Shown piece after piece: positions 37,937-46,951 of a DNA stretch of 64,000 nucleotides; position 1 is the stretch's first letter, and every line of letters begins with the position of its first letter. The notes under the pieces were generated by a model that made no database searches, was not told the origin of the DNA, and worked only from the letters and a program-made list of their open reading frames with translations. The stretch is from the NCBI GenBank assembly GCA_036640095.1, contig JAVWHL010000001.1:4504-68503 (forward strand). The letters run 5' to 3'. The stretch comes from Erysipelotrichales bacterium (GTDB taxonomy: Bacteria > Bacillota_I > Bacilli_A > JAJDGJ01). A program made the position numbers and the translations under genes.

Positions 37937-39439
37937 ATGGCATTTTACTATGATGAACATTCACGAACATTCAATGAATACTTATTAGTACCAGGTTACT
38001 CATCTATTGAGTGTACAACTGATAATGTTTCATTGAAAACACCAATTACAAAATATAAAAAAGGTGAAACTCCAGAAATTGAGATGAATATTCCATTAGT
38101 CTCTGCGATAATGCAATCAGTATCAGGGGAAGATATGGGTATTGGTTTAGCAAAAGAGGGAGGAATCGCTTTTATTTTTGGATCACAAAGTAGCGAAAAT
38201 CAAGCTAGTATGATTAAACGTGTTAAAGCACATAAAGCAGGTTTTGTTAAAAGTGATGCTAATGTGAGTCCAGAACATACATTACAAGATATTCTAGATT
38301 TAAAAGAAAAAACAAATCATACAACTGTTGCGGTTACTATAGATGGCAGCCTAAATGGAGATTTTGTAGGAATTGTTACTAGTAGGGATTATCGTATTTC
38401 TAGAATGGATAAAGCTACTAAGGTTAAAGAGTTTATGACACCTTTAGAAGATATTGTTTATGCTCAAAATGGAATTACTCTTAAAGAAGCTAACAATATT
38501 ATTTGGGATAATAAATTAAATACTTTACCTATTTTAGAAAACAATAAATTAATTGCGTTTGTTTTTAGAAAAGACTATGACTTACATAAAGATAATCCTC
38601 TTGCATTATTAGATGATCATAAAAGATATATTGTTGGGGCTGGTATTAATACAAAAGATTACAAGGAAAGAGTTCCTGCATTAATTGATGCTGGTGCTGA
38701 TCTACTTTGTATTGATTCATCTGAAGGATATACAGAATGGCAAGAAATAACAATCAAATATATTAAGGAAAACTTTGGGGAACATATTAAAGTAGGAGCT
38801 GGAAATGTTGTTGATGAAGAAGGATTTAGATTTCTAGCTGAAGCTGGTGCTGATTTTATTAAAATTGGTATTGGTGGAGGTTCAATTTGTATAACTAGAG
38901 AAACAAAAGGAATTGGACGTGGTCAAGCAACTGCTGTAATTGAAGTAGCAAAAGCTCGTGATAAATATTTTGAAGAAACTGGTATTTATATTCCAATTTG
39001 TTCTGATGGTGGTATTGTCCATGATTATCATATGACACTTGCTCTAGCAATGGGCGCTGATTTTTGTATGTTAGGTCGTTACTTCTCTCGTTTTGATGAA
39101 AGCCCTACTTTAAAATTAGTAATCAATGGTAGCTATGTAAAAGAATATTGGGGAGAAGGTTCTGCTCGTGCTAGAAACTGGCAACGTTATGATATGGGTG
39201 GTGCTTCTAAATTAACATTTGAAGAAGGTGTTGATTCTTATGTGCCATATGCTGGTAGTTTACATGATGGTGTAGCGGAAACTTTAAATAAAGTTAAATC
39301 AGCAATGTGTAATTGTGGTGCTTTATCAATTAAAGAACTACAAGATAAGGCTAAGCTTACAGTTGTATCTTCTACTAGTATTATTGAAGGCGGAGCTCAT
39401 GATGTTATATTAAAAGATAATAATTTCAATAATAGATAA
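37937..39439 (+). CDS. guaB: IMP dehydrogenase (with CBS pair)
   Basis: 500 aa. Catalytic loop [12 protein letters not shown], and the C.D.S.G and GG..H.Y motifs. Confidence 0.85.
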   Translation: MAFYYDEHSRTFNEYLLVPGYSSIECTTDNVSLKTPITKYKKGETPEIEMNIPLVSAIMQSVSGEDMGIGLAKEGGIAFIFGSQSSENQASMIKRVKAHKAGFVKSDANVSPEHTLQDILDLKEKTNHTTVAVTIDGSLNGDFVGIVTSRDYRISRMDKATKVKEFMTPLEDIVYAQNGITLKEANNIIWDNKLNTLPILENNKLIAFVFRKDYDLHKDNPLALLDDHKRYIVGAGINTKDYKERVPALIDAGADLLCIDSSEGYTEWQEITIKYIKENFGEHIKVGAGNVVDEEGFRFLAEAGADFIKIGIGGGSICITRETKGIGRGQATAVIEVAKARDKYFEETGIYIPICSDGGIVHDYHMTLALAMGADFCMLGRYFSRFDESPTLKLVINGSYVKEYWGEGSARARNWQRYDMGGASKLTFEEGVDSYVPYAGSLHDGVAETLNKVKSAMCNCGALSIKELQDKAKLTVVSSTSIIEGGAHDVILKDNNFNNR

Positions 39440-39445
39440 ATTTAA

Positions 39446-39471
39446 AGGAGTGGTAAGACACTTCTTTTTTT
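39446..39471 (+). terminator. Intrinsic terminator after guaB
   Basis: AGGAGTG-GTAAGA-CACTTCT followed by T6. Confidence 0.65.
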
Positions 39472-39543
39472 ACTTTGAAATATGGATAATGTAAGTAGTA
39501 TTACTTAATTAAAATTACTACTATTAGATTTTTAAGTTTGCAT

Positions 39544-39566
39544 AAAAAAAGGAAGTTTAAACTTCC
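39544..39566 (-). terminator. Intrinsic terminator after the antiporter gene
   Basis: GGAAGTTT/AAACTTCC palindrome flanked by A7 and T5. The stem includes the stop codon. Confidence 0.65.
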
Positions 39567-41593
39567 TTTTTGTTTTCTCTTGGACTAAAGTTATTTAAGA
39601 AATAATATGCCAAGTTATTATTTGTATCATTCATATAATACTCTTCCATTAAGTTTACATCTGTTTTTAAATCTAAACTTTGATCGTAATCGATACATCC
39701 ACATTCATACATTTCTTGAATAATATTTCTTTCGAATTGAAATGCTTTTTCCATCTCTTTAGTATAATGAGGATTTAAATTAACATCATTAATACTTAAT
39801 AGTTTGTTATTTTTAATCATATGAATTAATAATTGTTCTTCATTAATTTTCATTTTTAAATACGATTCATTGCGATCATCTATTTCACTCTCAATCATTT
39901 CTATTACTAAATAATGGTTATGAATAAATACTTCTTTAATATCTTTCATTGCACCTTTTGGTATCTGACGTCTTTGTTTATGATGATGAGGAAAAAAGCG
40001 ACGGTAAATAATTCCACCAATTAATAATCTTAGTGAAAACACCCTATTGGAACGTTGTGAGAAAGATCTAAGCATTCTAGTATATGCTAAGTAGACTTTA
40101 TTATCAATGCGATCTTCATCTAATAATTTATCTAGTTGTTTTCTTTCAATAGCAAGTGTGTTTTTAAGTATCTTCTTATCTAATTTGCGTTGTTCTCTAA
40201 AGTTTAAATCGCTAATACTAATTTCCATCTTCTTCAATCTAGAATAATATATTTTAATTACTGCTTCAATTTCTTCTCTATTTTCTGGAGTTATTTCTTG
40301 TTTTAATAACTCAACGGTTTTTTGAGCAATACGCAATTCTAATTCTTCTTTATTGTCTTCAGTTTTATCTTCTAAAATCCAAGGAAGAATAGTGATTGCT
40401 GCTATAATAGAACAAATAATAATTCCTGCAGAAATAAAGACAATAAGTGATCTTTGCGCAAATACTTCATTATTACCTAAAACAAAAGGTAATGAAGTAA
40501 TAGTAGCAAGTGTAACCGTTCCTTTTACACCAGCTAATGTCATAATCATTTGATCTTTCCAAGTAATGTTTTTCCAGCCACTTTTAAAGCCTTTAAATAT
40601 AACAAATAATATAAATCTAATTGCAAATAATGCAAGGGTTGCTACTAAAATAACTAGTATATAATACCAAATAGCGCCATGTGACCCTAAATTTACTTCT
40701 TCAATTATTACTGGAAGTTGGACACCTAAATAAATAAAGACAATAGCATTTAAGATTGTTGTTAATACATCCCAAGTTGATGATGAAAGAGCATTTAACT
40801 TTGCATCAAATAATGTATTTCTTTTAATTGCTGTTGCATCAAGAAAACCTATTGTAACTACTGCTAGAACTCCTGAAAAACCAAAGTGTTCTGCTAAAAC
40901 ATATGCTACAAAGGGAGTTAATATATCAAAGATAATAAAAAACTTAGTATCTTCAATACCTGATTTTCGTATTGTTTTTAATAGTTTAGCTTTTGCTATT
41001 TGAAATATAATTCCTACAGCAAGTCCACCAATTGAAATAACTAGTAGTGTCTTAAATGAACCTAGTACTGAAAATTGACCACTAACTAGTGCTAATACTG
41101 CGATTTGAAACGTTGTAATCCCACTAGCATCATTAATTAATCCTTCACCTTCTAAAATAATTAAATTTCTTTCCGGTATTTCCATACGTTTAGCTAAAGA
41201 TGAAACAGTAACTAAATCTGTTGGAGATAGTGCAGCTGCAAGTGCAAAGCAGGCTGCAAAAGGGATTGCTGGTAACATATTATCAAATAATATCCCTAGA
41301 ATTACTACTGTTATTATTACTACTGGGAATGCTACAAATAATATGTCTTTCGAATTTTTATAAAGATTGGTTGTATCTGATTCTTTTGCTTCATTATACA
41401 GTAAGGGTCCTATTATCATCACCATTATTAATTCTGGTTCAAATTTAATCAAATGTCCTATATCACTTAATCCAATAACAAAACCAATAATTATCTGAAT
41501 TAAGGGTAAAGTTAATTTGGGGAAGAAATGATTTAAAAACACAGAAAATAGAATACTACTTAAAAATATAATAAAGATTAATATAATTTCCAT
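39557..41593 (-). CDS. Na+/H+ antiporter (CPA1/NhaP type) with a long cytoplasmic C-terminal domain
   Basis: 678 aa with multiple TMs. ALSPTDLV and EGEGLINDASGIT motifs. Confidence 0.8.
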   Translation of the reverse strand: MEIILIFIIFLSSILFSVFLNHFFPKLTLPLIQIIIGFVIGLSDIGHLIKFEPELIMVMIIGPLLYNEAKESDTTNLYKNSKDILFVAFPVVIITVVILGILFDNMLPAIPFAACFALAAALSPTDLVTVSSLAKRMEIPERNLIILEGEGLINDASGITTFQIAVLALVSGQFSVLGSFKTLLVISIGGLAVGIIFQIAKAKLLKTIRKSGIEDTKFFIIFDILTPFVAYVLAEHFGFSGVLAVVTIGFLDATAIKRNTLFDAKLNALSSSTWDVLTTILNAIVFIYLGVQLPVIIEEVNLGSHGAIWYYILVILVATLALFAIRFILFVIFKGFKSGWKNITWKDQMIMTLAGVKGTVTLATITSLPFVLGNNEVFAQRSLIVFISAGIIICSIIAAITILPWILEDKTEDNKEELELRIAQKTVELLKQEITPENREEIEAVIKIYYSRLKKMEISISDLNFREQRKLDKKILKNTLAIERKQLDKLLDEDRIDNKVYLAYTRMLRSFSQRSNRVFSLRLLIGGIIYRRFFPHHHKQRRQIPKGAMKDIKEVFIHNHYLVIEMIESEIDDRNESYLKMKINEEQLLIHMIKNNKLLSINDVNLNPHYTKEMEKAFQFERNIIQEMYECGCIDYDQSLDLKTDVNLMEEYYMNDTNNNLAYYFLNNFSPRENKKEV

Positions 41594-41661
41594 GTTATCA
41601 CCTATCGTACATTATACCAAAGATATTAAGCAAATTCTACCATATACAAGATATAGATACT

Positions 41662-41685
41662 AAAAAGACTATCATACGATAGTCT
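41662..41685 (-). terminator. Intrinsic terminator closing the nitrogenase-like operon
   Basis: Minus strand reads AGACTATC-GTAT-GATAGTCT followed by TTTTT. The stem includes the TAG stop. Confidence 0.65.
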
Positions 41686-42973
41686 AAAACATTAAGCCAT
41701 TTAATACTTGTTCAATTAGGTATTTAGCACCTGTATTTCCAAGATGTGTTTTCTTAACAATATCTATGTAACCTAGACTTGGTAAACATATTTCTATTCC
41801 ACTAAAATCTTTATTTAATAACTTCATCTTAGCAATACTATTACCATTACCAAAGAATAAGTCACTATTATTATCAAAGATATTTATATTATATGCATCA
41901 CTTCTATTATATAGAAATAATAATTCATCTAGTAATTTCTTTGAATATTTATTATCTTCATTTAGTATATTTATTCTTTCTATTATCATACCAAGGTATC
42001 CACTTAAAAATGATACATAACTATATACTTCACTATAACTTCCCTCAATTGAATAAGGCACTGACTTTGGCAAACCAGTTAGTGAATTAACTCTTGATAT
42101 ATAAGGATAGACATTTGCTCTAGCTTTTTCACTATCAATTATAAATTCTTCTATATCACACTCTAATATATCACTAACTTCACTAAATAGCTTTGCAGTT
42201 GACTTAAACCCAATAGGTAATCCTTCACAAACATAATAAGGCATATCAAGTTCATCTTTTAAATACTCTGCACTCTTTATTCCATACTCTGGATGTAAAA
42301 CTATATTTAATTGAGCAGTGGTTATATTCTTTATTTCTTCTAAACTACATTTTGCCCCTAAAAAAGTATTAACTTCTATTCCACACAGATTAAATAATCT
42401 TTCTAGCTCTTCTATATCGCCTAGATGATGTTTATGATATATTGATAATCCTAAAATATTAACTGTTTTCTTTTTAACACCCCTCTTTTTAATTCCTAAT
42501 TGTTTGAACAATTGAACAAACGCATAATCAAAGCCATCACTAATATCTAGAGAATAACCTGGACTTTCTATAATAACAAAATCTCTATTACTAACACTAA
42601 CAACAATCTTTTCCAAATCATCACCAATTAATGATGCACCATGGGAGTTAACTAAACATAATAAATCATGAGTTACATTTTCACTTAGATAACTTATTGC
42701 TTCTTCTAACTTATCTTGTGAACCATATACATAATCTTTAGTATCAAGATAAGTACAGGGAACACGAGGTTGACCAAAATACCATTTTTCAGGAAAATTA
42801 AGTGGATCAAATTCAGATTGTTTTATAGTTTGATAATCTGCAGTAGCACTATGATAAAACTTACATCCAGAAGGACCATTAACTAATGTTATTACATTAT
42901 CAATTCCCTCATATGCAAATATTTCACCACTAAAACTATCTGGAGTAATACTTTTTAAATAATCGTTCATCAT
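41684..42973 (-). CDS. Nitrogenase component-1-like oxidoreductase, NifK/NifN/BchB-like partner subunit
   Basis: LVNGPSGCKFYHS (compare NifK HGSQGC.AY) and SLIGDDLEKI (compare ..VIGDDL). I moved the start to the ATG at 42973 after GGGGAG, which overlaps the upstream gene by 38 nt. Confidence 0.7.
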   Translation of the reverse strand: MMNDYLKSITPDSFSGEIFAYEGIDNVITLVNGPSGCKFYHSATADYQTIKQSEFDPLNFPEKWYFGQPRVPCTYLDTKDYVYGSQDKLEEAISYLSENVTHDLLCLVNSHGASLIGDDLEKIVVSVSNRDFVIIESPGYSLDISDGFDYAFVQLFKQLGIKKRGVKKKTVNILGLSIYHKHHLGDIEELERLFNLCGIEVNTFLGAKCSLEEIKNITTAQLNIVLHPEYGIKSAEYLKDELDMPYYVCEGLPIGFKSTAKLFSEVSDILECDIEEFIIDSEKARANVYPYISRVNSLTGLPKSVPYSIEGSYSEVYSYVSFLSGYLGMIIERINILNEDNKYSKKLLDELLFLYNRSDAYNINIFDNNSDLFFGNGNSIAKMKLLNKDFSGIEICLPSLGYIDIVKKTHLGNTGAKYLIEQVLNGLMF

Positions 42974-45119
42974 CTTTCCACTCCCCTTCCACACTTAAAT
43001 TAAACAGATTAGCCCATCTAATTGCCATATTAAGACCAGATAAAAAACCAACATCTGGACACATTGGAATCGTATCTGCTACTTTTACATTCTTACCATC
43101 CGAATTAGCATAATTAGTTAAAAGAATATCTGGTTGATACATTGCTACATCACCATCACTTGATTCGCCACTATAATCCTCTTCAACATTAAATGGATAA
43201 TCTATTCTCGTTCTAAAACCAGTATCTTGAGAAAAATTAAGAATACATATTTTAACAATTTCTATTTCTAAATCTAAAGCTGTTTTAAGTATCCAATCTA
43301 ATTCATGATTATAAGTAATTATCATTAACTTTTTACCTCTAAGTATCGGTTTCATTCTCTCTATCTCTTTATAATACATAACTTCATTATACTTAATTAT
43401 TTCTAAAGCTTTATCTTTCTTATTAAAGAATTCTCCTACTTCTAATAACCATTCTTTTGTTTCAAAAAAACCAACTGGAAAAGCCCTATCTAGAAATGCA
43501 CAATTATAATTTTCGATAAAGAAGCCTTTTAGAATCATACCAGTATAATCACTATGAGCTAATAGATTTAATGGTGCACTACAAAAGTTCTCTAGTTTAT
43601 CTACAGTTGTTTCCGATAAAAAGCGACAATTTACTTTAACACCCATTTGATTTAAAAATGATTGTACTATCTCAAAATTACTATTTGTATTTTTAGCAAC
43701 TACTTTTTCAAAAACTATATTAACAGTATTATCAATTATAGGAACATCTTTTTTTATAAATGATTGAGCAAGAGTAGTATACGTCATTAACATTCCCTGA
43801 AGATAATCACCAGCAAGATTACCATCACTCTTTATTGTATAGATTGCTGTATCCTTAGTCTGTTTACTTATAACCTTATCAATATCATCTCCAATAATAC
43901 CAGCTGGACATGAACTTACAATAACAATTGCCTTTGGCTTTTTAAGTAGTACCTCATCTACTTTAGCTTCTAAAGATTCCATTCCTCCAAAGATAATATC
44001 TGCTTCATCCATATCAGTTGCTTCAAAATTAGGAGCAATACTAACTGGTAAGAGAGCACCTCTTTCAAATAAACCTCTTCTACCTGCACTACTAACACTC
44101 TGATATGAAAGATTAGCACACGACTTTGGAGAATGAGCTATGATATATGCATCTTGAAGATGTACTGCCATTGAAATTGCACCATTAAAAGCACAACCAT
44201 GCAACGGTTCATCATGTACAATATTTTTAGATAACATTTTAAAGTCAATTTTTGAATTTTCACTATTACTATTTTCTTCTATCTCTTTTTTTTGAATGAC
44301 TTCTTTTTTTACTTGAACCTTATTGAATATTAATTCTTCTAGTTCCTCATCACTAACAGGACAAGCAGGATGACATTCAATACTATTATTTATACGAGAA
44401 CTTAAATCACTAAAGATTCCACCTAAATCCTCATCTAAACCTAATTCAACTACACTCTTATTAATTCGATCAGCTTGTGCAAACAAATCAGAACGAGGAA
44501 TAGTTGCAACAACGGGAAGATTTACAGCACTAGAAAACTTTTCTATTCTTTCATCTTCATCTTCTATATCCCTTTTATTATATATAATACCTGCAACTCT
44601 AGGTTTATCTTCACTATCATAATTCTTAATTCCTCTAAGAATATTATTTGCAGCATATAATGCCATGTACTCTCCTGAAGTAACAACAAATACAACATCT
44701 GCATACTCACTTCTTATTGGTACAGCAAAACCTCCACATACTACATCACCTAGAACATCATACAAGATAGAATCAAACTTCTTTTTAATATTGAATTGTT
44801 CCAAAAGTTCAAACGTAGATATGATTCCACGACCAGCACAACCAACTCCAGGCTTTGGCCCCCCTGCTTCAACACAACCTATATTATTAAAACCATAAAC
44901 TAAAATATCTTCGATACGATAATCAACAGCTTTAGTAACTTTGATATAATCTAAAGCAGTAGTCAATTCTTGATCATTTAATAATAATCTAGTTGAATCA
45001 TGCTTTGGATCACAACCAATTTGTAATACTTTATTCCCTTGCAATGATAAAGCAGCAGATATATTGGCAGCCATTGTTGACTTTCCAATTCCACCTTTAC
45101 CATATATAGCAATTTCCAT
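42936..45119 (-). CDS. Fusion protein: NifH/BchL-type Fe-protein ATPase (aa 1 to ~270) + NifD/NifE/BchN-like component-1 domain (aa ~300 to 727)
   Basis: - H part: P-loop YGKGGIGKST, switch I CDPKHDSTRLL, cluster cysteines in GCAGRGI and in YDVLGDVVCGGFAVPIR.
- Linker: K/E-rich.
- D part: LHGCAFNGA, HSPKSCANL, ATDMDEADIIFGG and SSCPAGIIGDDI.
- There is no stop or frameshift between the two parts. Confidence 0.85.
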   Translation of the reverse strand: MEIAIYGKGGIGKSTMAANISAALSLQGNKVLQIGCDPKHDSTRLLLNDQELTTALDYIKVTKAVDYRIEDILVYGFNNIGCVEAGGPKPGVGCAGRGIISTFELLEQFNIKKKFDSILYDVLGDVVCGGFAVPIRSEYADVVFVVTSGEYMALYAANNILRGIKNYDSEDKPRVAGIIYNKRDIEDEDERIEKFSSAVNLPVVATIPRSDLFAQADRINKSVVELGLDEDLGGIFSDLSSRINNSIECHPACPVSDEELEELIFNKVQVKKEVIQKKEIEENSNSENSKIDFKMLSKNIVHDEPLHGCAFNGAISMAVHLQDAYIIAHSPKSCANLSYQSVSSAGRRGLFERGALLPVSIAPNFEATDMDEADIIFGGMESLEAKVDEVLLKKPKAIVIVSSCPAGIIGDDIDKVISKQTKDTAIYTIKSDGNLAGDYLQGMLMTYTTLAQSFIKKDVPIIDNTVNIVFEKVVAKNTNSNFEIVQSFLNQMGVKVNCRFLSETTVDKLENFCSAPLNLLAHSDYTGMILKGFFIENYNCAFLDRAFPVGFFETKEWLLEVGEFFNKKDKALEIIKYNEVMYYKEIERMKPILRGKKLMIITYNHELDWILKTALDLEIEIVKICILNFSQDTGFRTRIDYPFNVEEDYSGESSDGDVAMYQPDILLTNYANSDGKNVKVADTIPMCPDVGFLSGLNMAIRWANLFNLSVEGEWKDDERLFKKYYSR

Positions 45120-45171
45120 AAGATAACCCCTTTCTTCAGCTTATATAATAACACTCTTTTCATACATTATT

Positions 45172-45200
45172 ATTTTAACACTAGCTCTACTTTCATTCAA
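45172..45200 (-). promoter_or_regulatory. Candidate sigma-A promoter of the nitrogenase-like operon (TTGAAT-17 nt-TAAAAT)
   Basis: Hexamers on the minus strand at 45195..45200 and 45172..45177, downstream of the nox terminator. Confidence 0.5.
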
Positions 45201-45212
45201 ATATACACACAA

Positions 45213-45253
45213 TAAAAAACACCAAGTAACTATTTTAAATAATCACTTGATGT
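45213..45253 (-). terminator. Intrinsic terminator after nox
   Basis: Minus strand reads ACATCAAGTGA...TTACTTGGTGT (with G-U pairs) followed by T6. Confidence 0.55.
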
Positions 45254-45264
45254 TAATGTATAAA

Positions 45265-46608
45265 TTATTTTCCTAAAGCTAATAAACCTGCTTTTGTAAT
45301 AAAGTTAGCTGGTTGATTAAAGTGAGGAAGGAAGAATAAATCAGTTAATGCTAATTTATCAATAGAATATTGTTCTTGAATTGCTAGTGAGAACATATGT
45401 AATGCTAAAGTAATATCTTCTTTAGACATCATTTGTGCTCCAAGAATTCTTCTTGATTCACGATCCCAAACAACTTTTAATGTTACATCATTATTATCTG
45501 GCATGAATGCAGGTCTTATTGTATCAGTAACAGTTACAGTTCCTACATCAAAACCTTGACGTCTTGCTACTTCTTCAGTAATACCAGTAGAACACATTGT
45601 TAAATCATAAATATGAATTGCATTACTTCCTTGAACTCCTTGCATTTCAATACCAGTTCCAGCTGCATTATGTCCAGCTACAATTCCAGTACGAACAGCA
45701 TTAGTTGCTAAAGCAATATATGCATCATCATTCATTGCATTACTATAAATCGTTGCACAATCACCAATTGCATAAACATCTTTAATACTTGTTTCTTGAC
45801 GTTTATTAACAATGATAGCACCATTTTTAGCCATATCTAATGAACTATCTTTAAACATTTCAGTATTTGGATGGAATCCAACAGACATTAATACCATATC
45901 AACTTCATATTCATTTTTATCAGTTTTAATTCCACTTACTTTACCATCTTTACCTTTAATTTCAGTAACCATTTCTCCTAGTGCAAGTTCTACACCATTA
46001 TCAACTAAATTTTGTTTCATTGCATCTTGGAATTCTGGATCGTAATAATTATTTAATACATTTTGATCATTGATTAAAACGATTTCTTTACCATGAGCTT
46101 TAAATGCTTCAACAAGTTCTACACCAATATAACCTGCTCCAACAACAGCAACTTTTTTAATAGCTGGATTTGCTAAACGATTCATAACATCTTGAGCATT
46201 TTGGAATATTTTAGCATATACAACATTTTCTAAATCCATTCCTGGAAGATTTGGTAAGATTGGCCAAGAACCAACACCTAAAATTAATTTATCATAATTA
46301 TCTTCTTTAACTTCACCTGATTTTAAATCTTTAACTAAGATTTTTTTATTATCAAAATCAACTGATTGAAGTTCATGATTCATAAAGATATTAGCTCCTT
46401 TTTCAGCTAAACCTTCTGGTGTTGCATAGAATAGACCATCAGAACTATTAATAACATTTCCAATCCATAGAGCCATACCACAACCTAAGAATGAAATATT
46501 ATCATTACGATCATAAGCTGTTACCTCTACATCTTTATAATTATCAGCAAGTGTTTGAATTGCATAAGTACCTGCATGATTTGCACCAATTACGATTACT
46601 TTTTCCAT
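45265..46608 (-). CDS. nox: NADH oxidase (FAD pyridine nucleotide-disulfide oxidoreductase with a single redox Cys)
   Basis: VIGANHAG FAD motif, the SFLGCGMAL redox cysteine context and a second GAGYIGVE dinucleotide motif. Confidence 0.85.
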   Translation of the reverse strand: MEKVIVIGANHAGTYAIQTLADNYKDVEVTAYDRNDNISFLGCGMALWIGNVINSSDGLFYATPEGLAEKGANIFMNHELQSVDFDNKKILVKDLKSGEVKEDNYDKLILGVGSWPILPNLPGMDLENVVYAKIFQNAQDVMNRLANPAIKKVAVVGAGYIGVELVEAFKAHGKEIVLINDQNVLNNYYDPEFQDAMKQNLVDNGVELALGEMVTEIKGKDGKVSGIKTDKNEYEVDMVLMSVGFHPNTEMFKDSSLDMAKNGAIIVNKRQETSIKDVYAIGDCATIYSNAMNDDAYIALATNAVRTGIVAGHNAAGTGIEMQGVQGSNAIHIYDLTMCSTGITEEVARRQGFDVGTVTVTDTIRPAFMPDNNDVTLKVVWDRESRRILGAQMMSKEDITLALHMFSLAIQEQYSIDKLALTDLFFLPHFNQPANFITKAGLLALGK

Positions 46609-46921
46609 AATTTGTTCCTCCTATATTTATTTATCTTGTTTTATTACATACTTACTATAACACTATATTTAAACATAGTATAAATAAATGAAAGTGTAAT
46701 TTTTCACAAAAAGACTTATTGTGTATTGAATGTAACCTTTTGTGTTCTTTACACGCTTACATTGTGTACAATAAGCAACATTATAAGCACAAACAGAATA
46801 GAAAAGCACACCCTTACAGTATACAATTACAGTAATTAACATATTGTGAAGCAACAAAGAAGTAAGTAAGAGATTTTAATGCACTGTTAAAATATATAGT
46901 GTAAATTATTCCGTTATAAAC

Positions 46922-46945
46922 AAAAAAGCAGGATAAATCTGCTTT
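46922..46945 (-). terminator. Intrinsic terminator after the LRR protein gene
   Basis: Minus strand reads AAAGCAG-ATTTATC-CTGCTTT followed by T6. Confidence 0.7.
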
Positions 46946-46951
46946 AAAATA

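Noticed and set aside
41684-45119. A genuine nitrogen-fixing nitrogenase (nifHDK)
   Set aside because: - Only two genes are present, with no nifB/E/N/V or maturation genes nearby.
- By-eye alignment shows no Cys at the FeMo-co ligand position of the D-like domain.
- Only one of the three NifK P-cluster cysteines is retained.
- It is better described as a nitrogenase-like reductase of unknown substrate.
44978-45163. 61-aa ORF overlapping the start of the NifH-like fusion gene and its promoter region. The 62-aa ORF 46669..46857 in the nox upstream region is a similar case.
   Set aside because: They sit across promoter and 5' UTR sequence, lack an RBS, and have Cys/Tyr/Leu-rich nonsense composition.
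46694-46711. Rex (NADH/NAD+ sensor) operator upstream of nox: AAGTGTA-ATTT-TTCACAA versus the consensus TTGTGAA-N4-TTCACAA. A further lone TTGTGAA lies at about 46843.
   Set aside because: Only the right half-site is perfect, and the left half matches 4 of 7. In DNA this AT-rich such matches occur by chance. A position-weight-matrix scan and knowledge of whether the genome encodes Rex would be needed.
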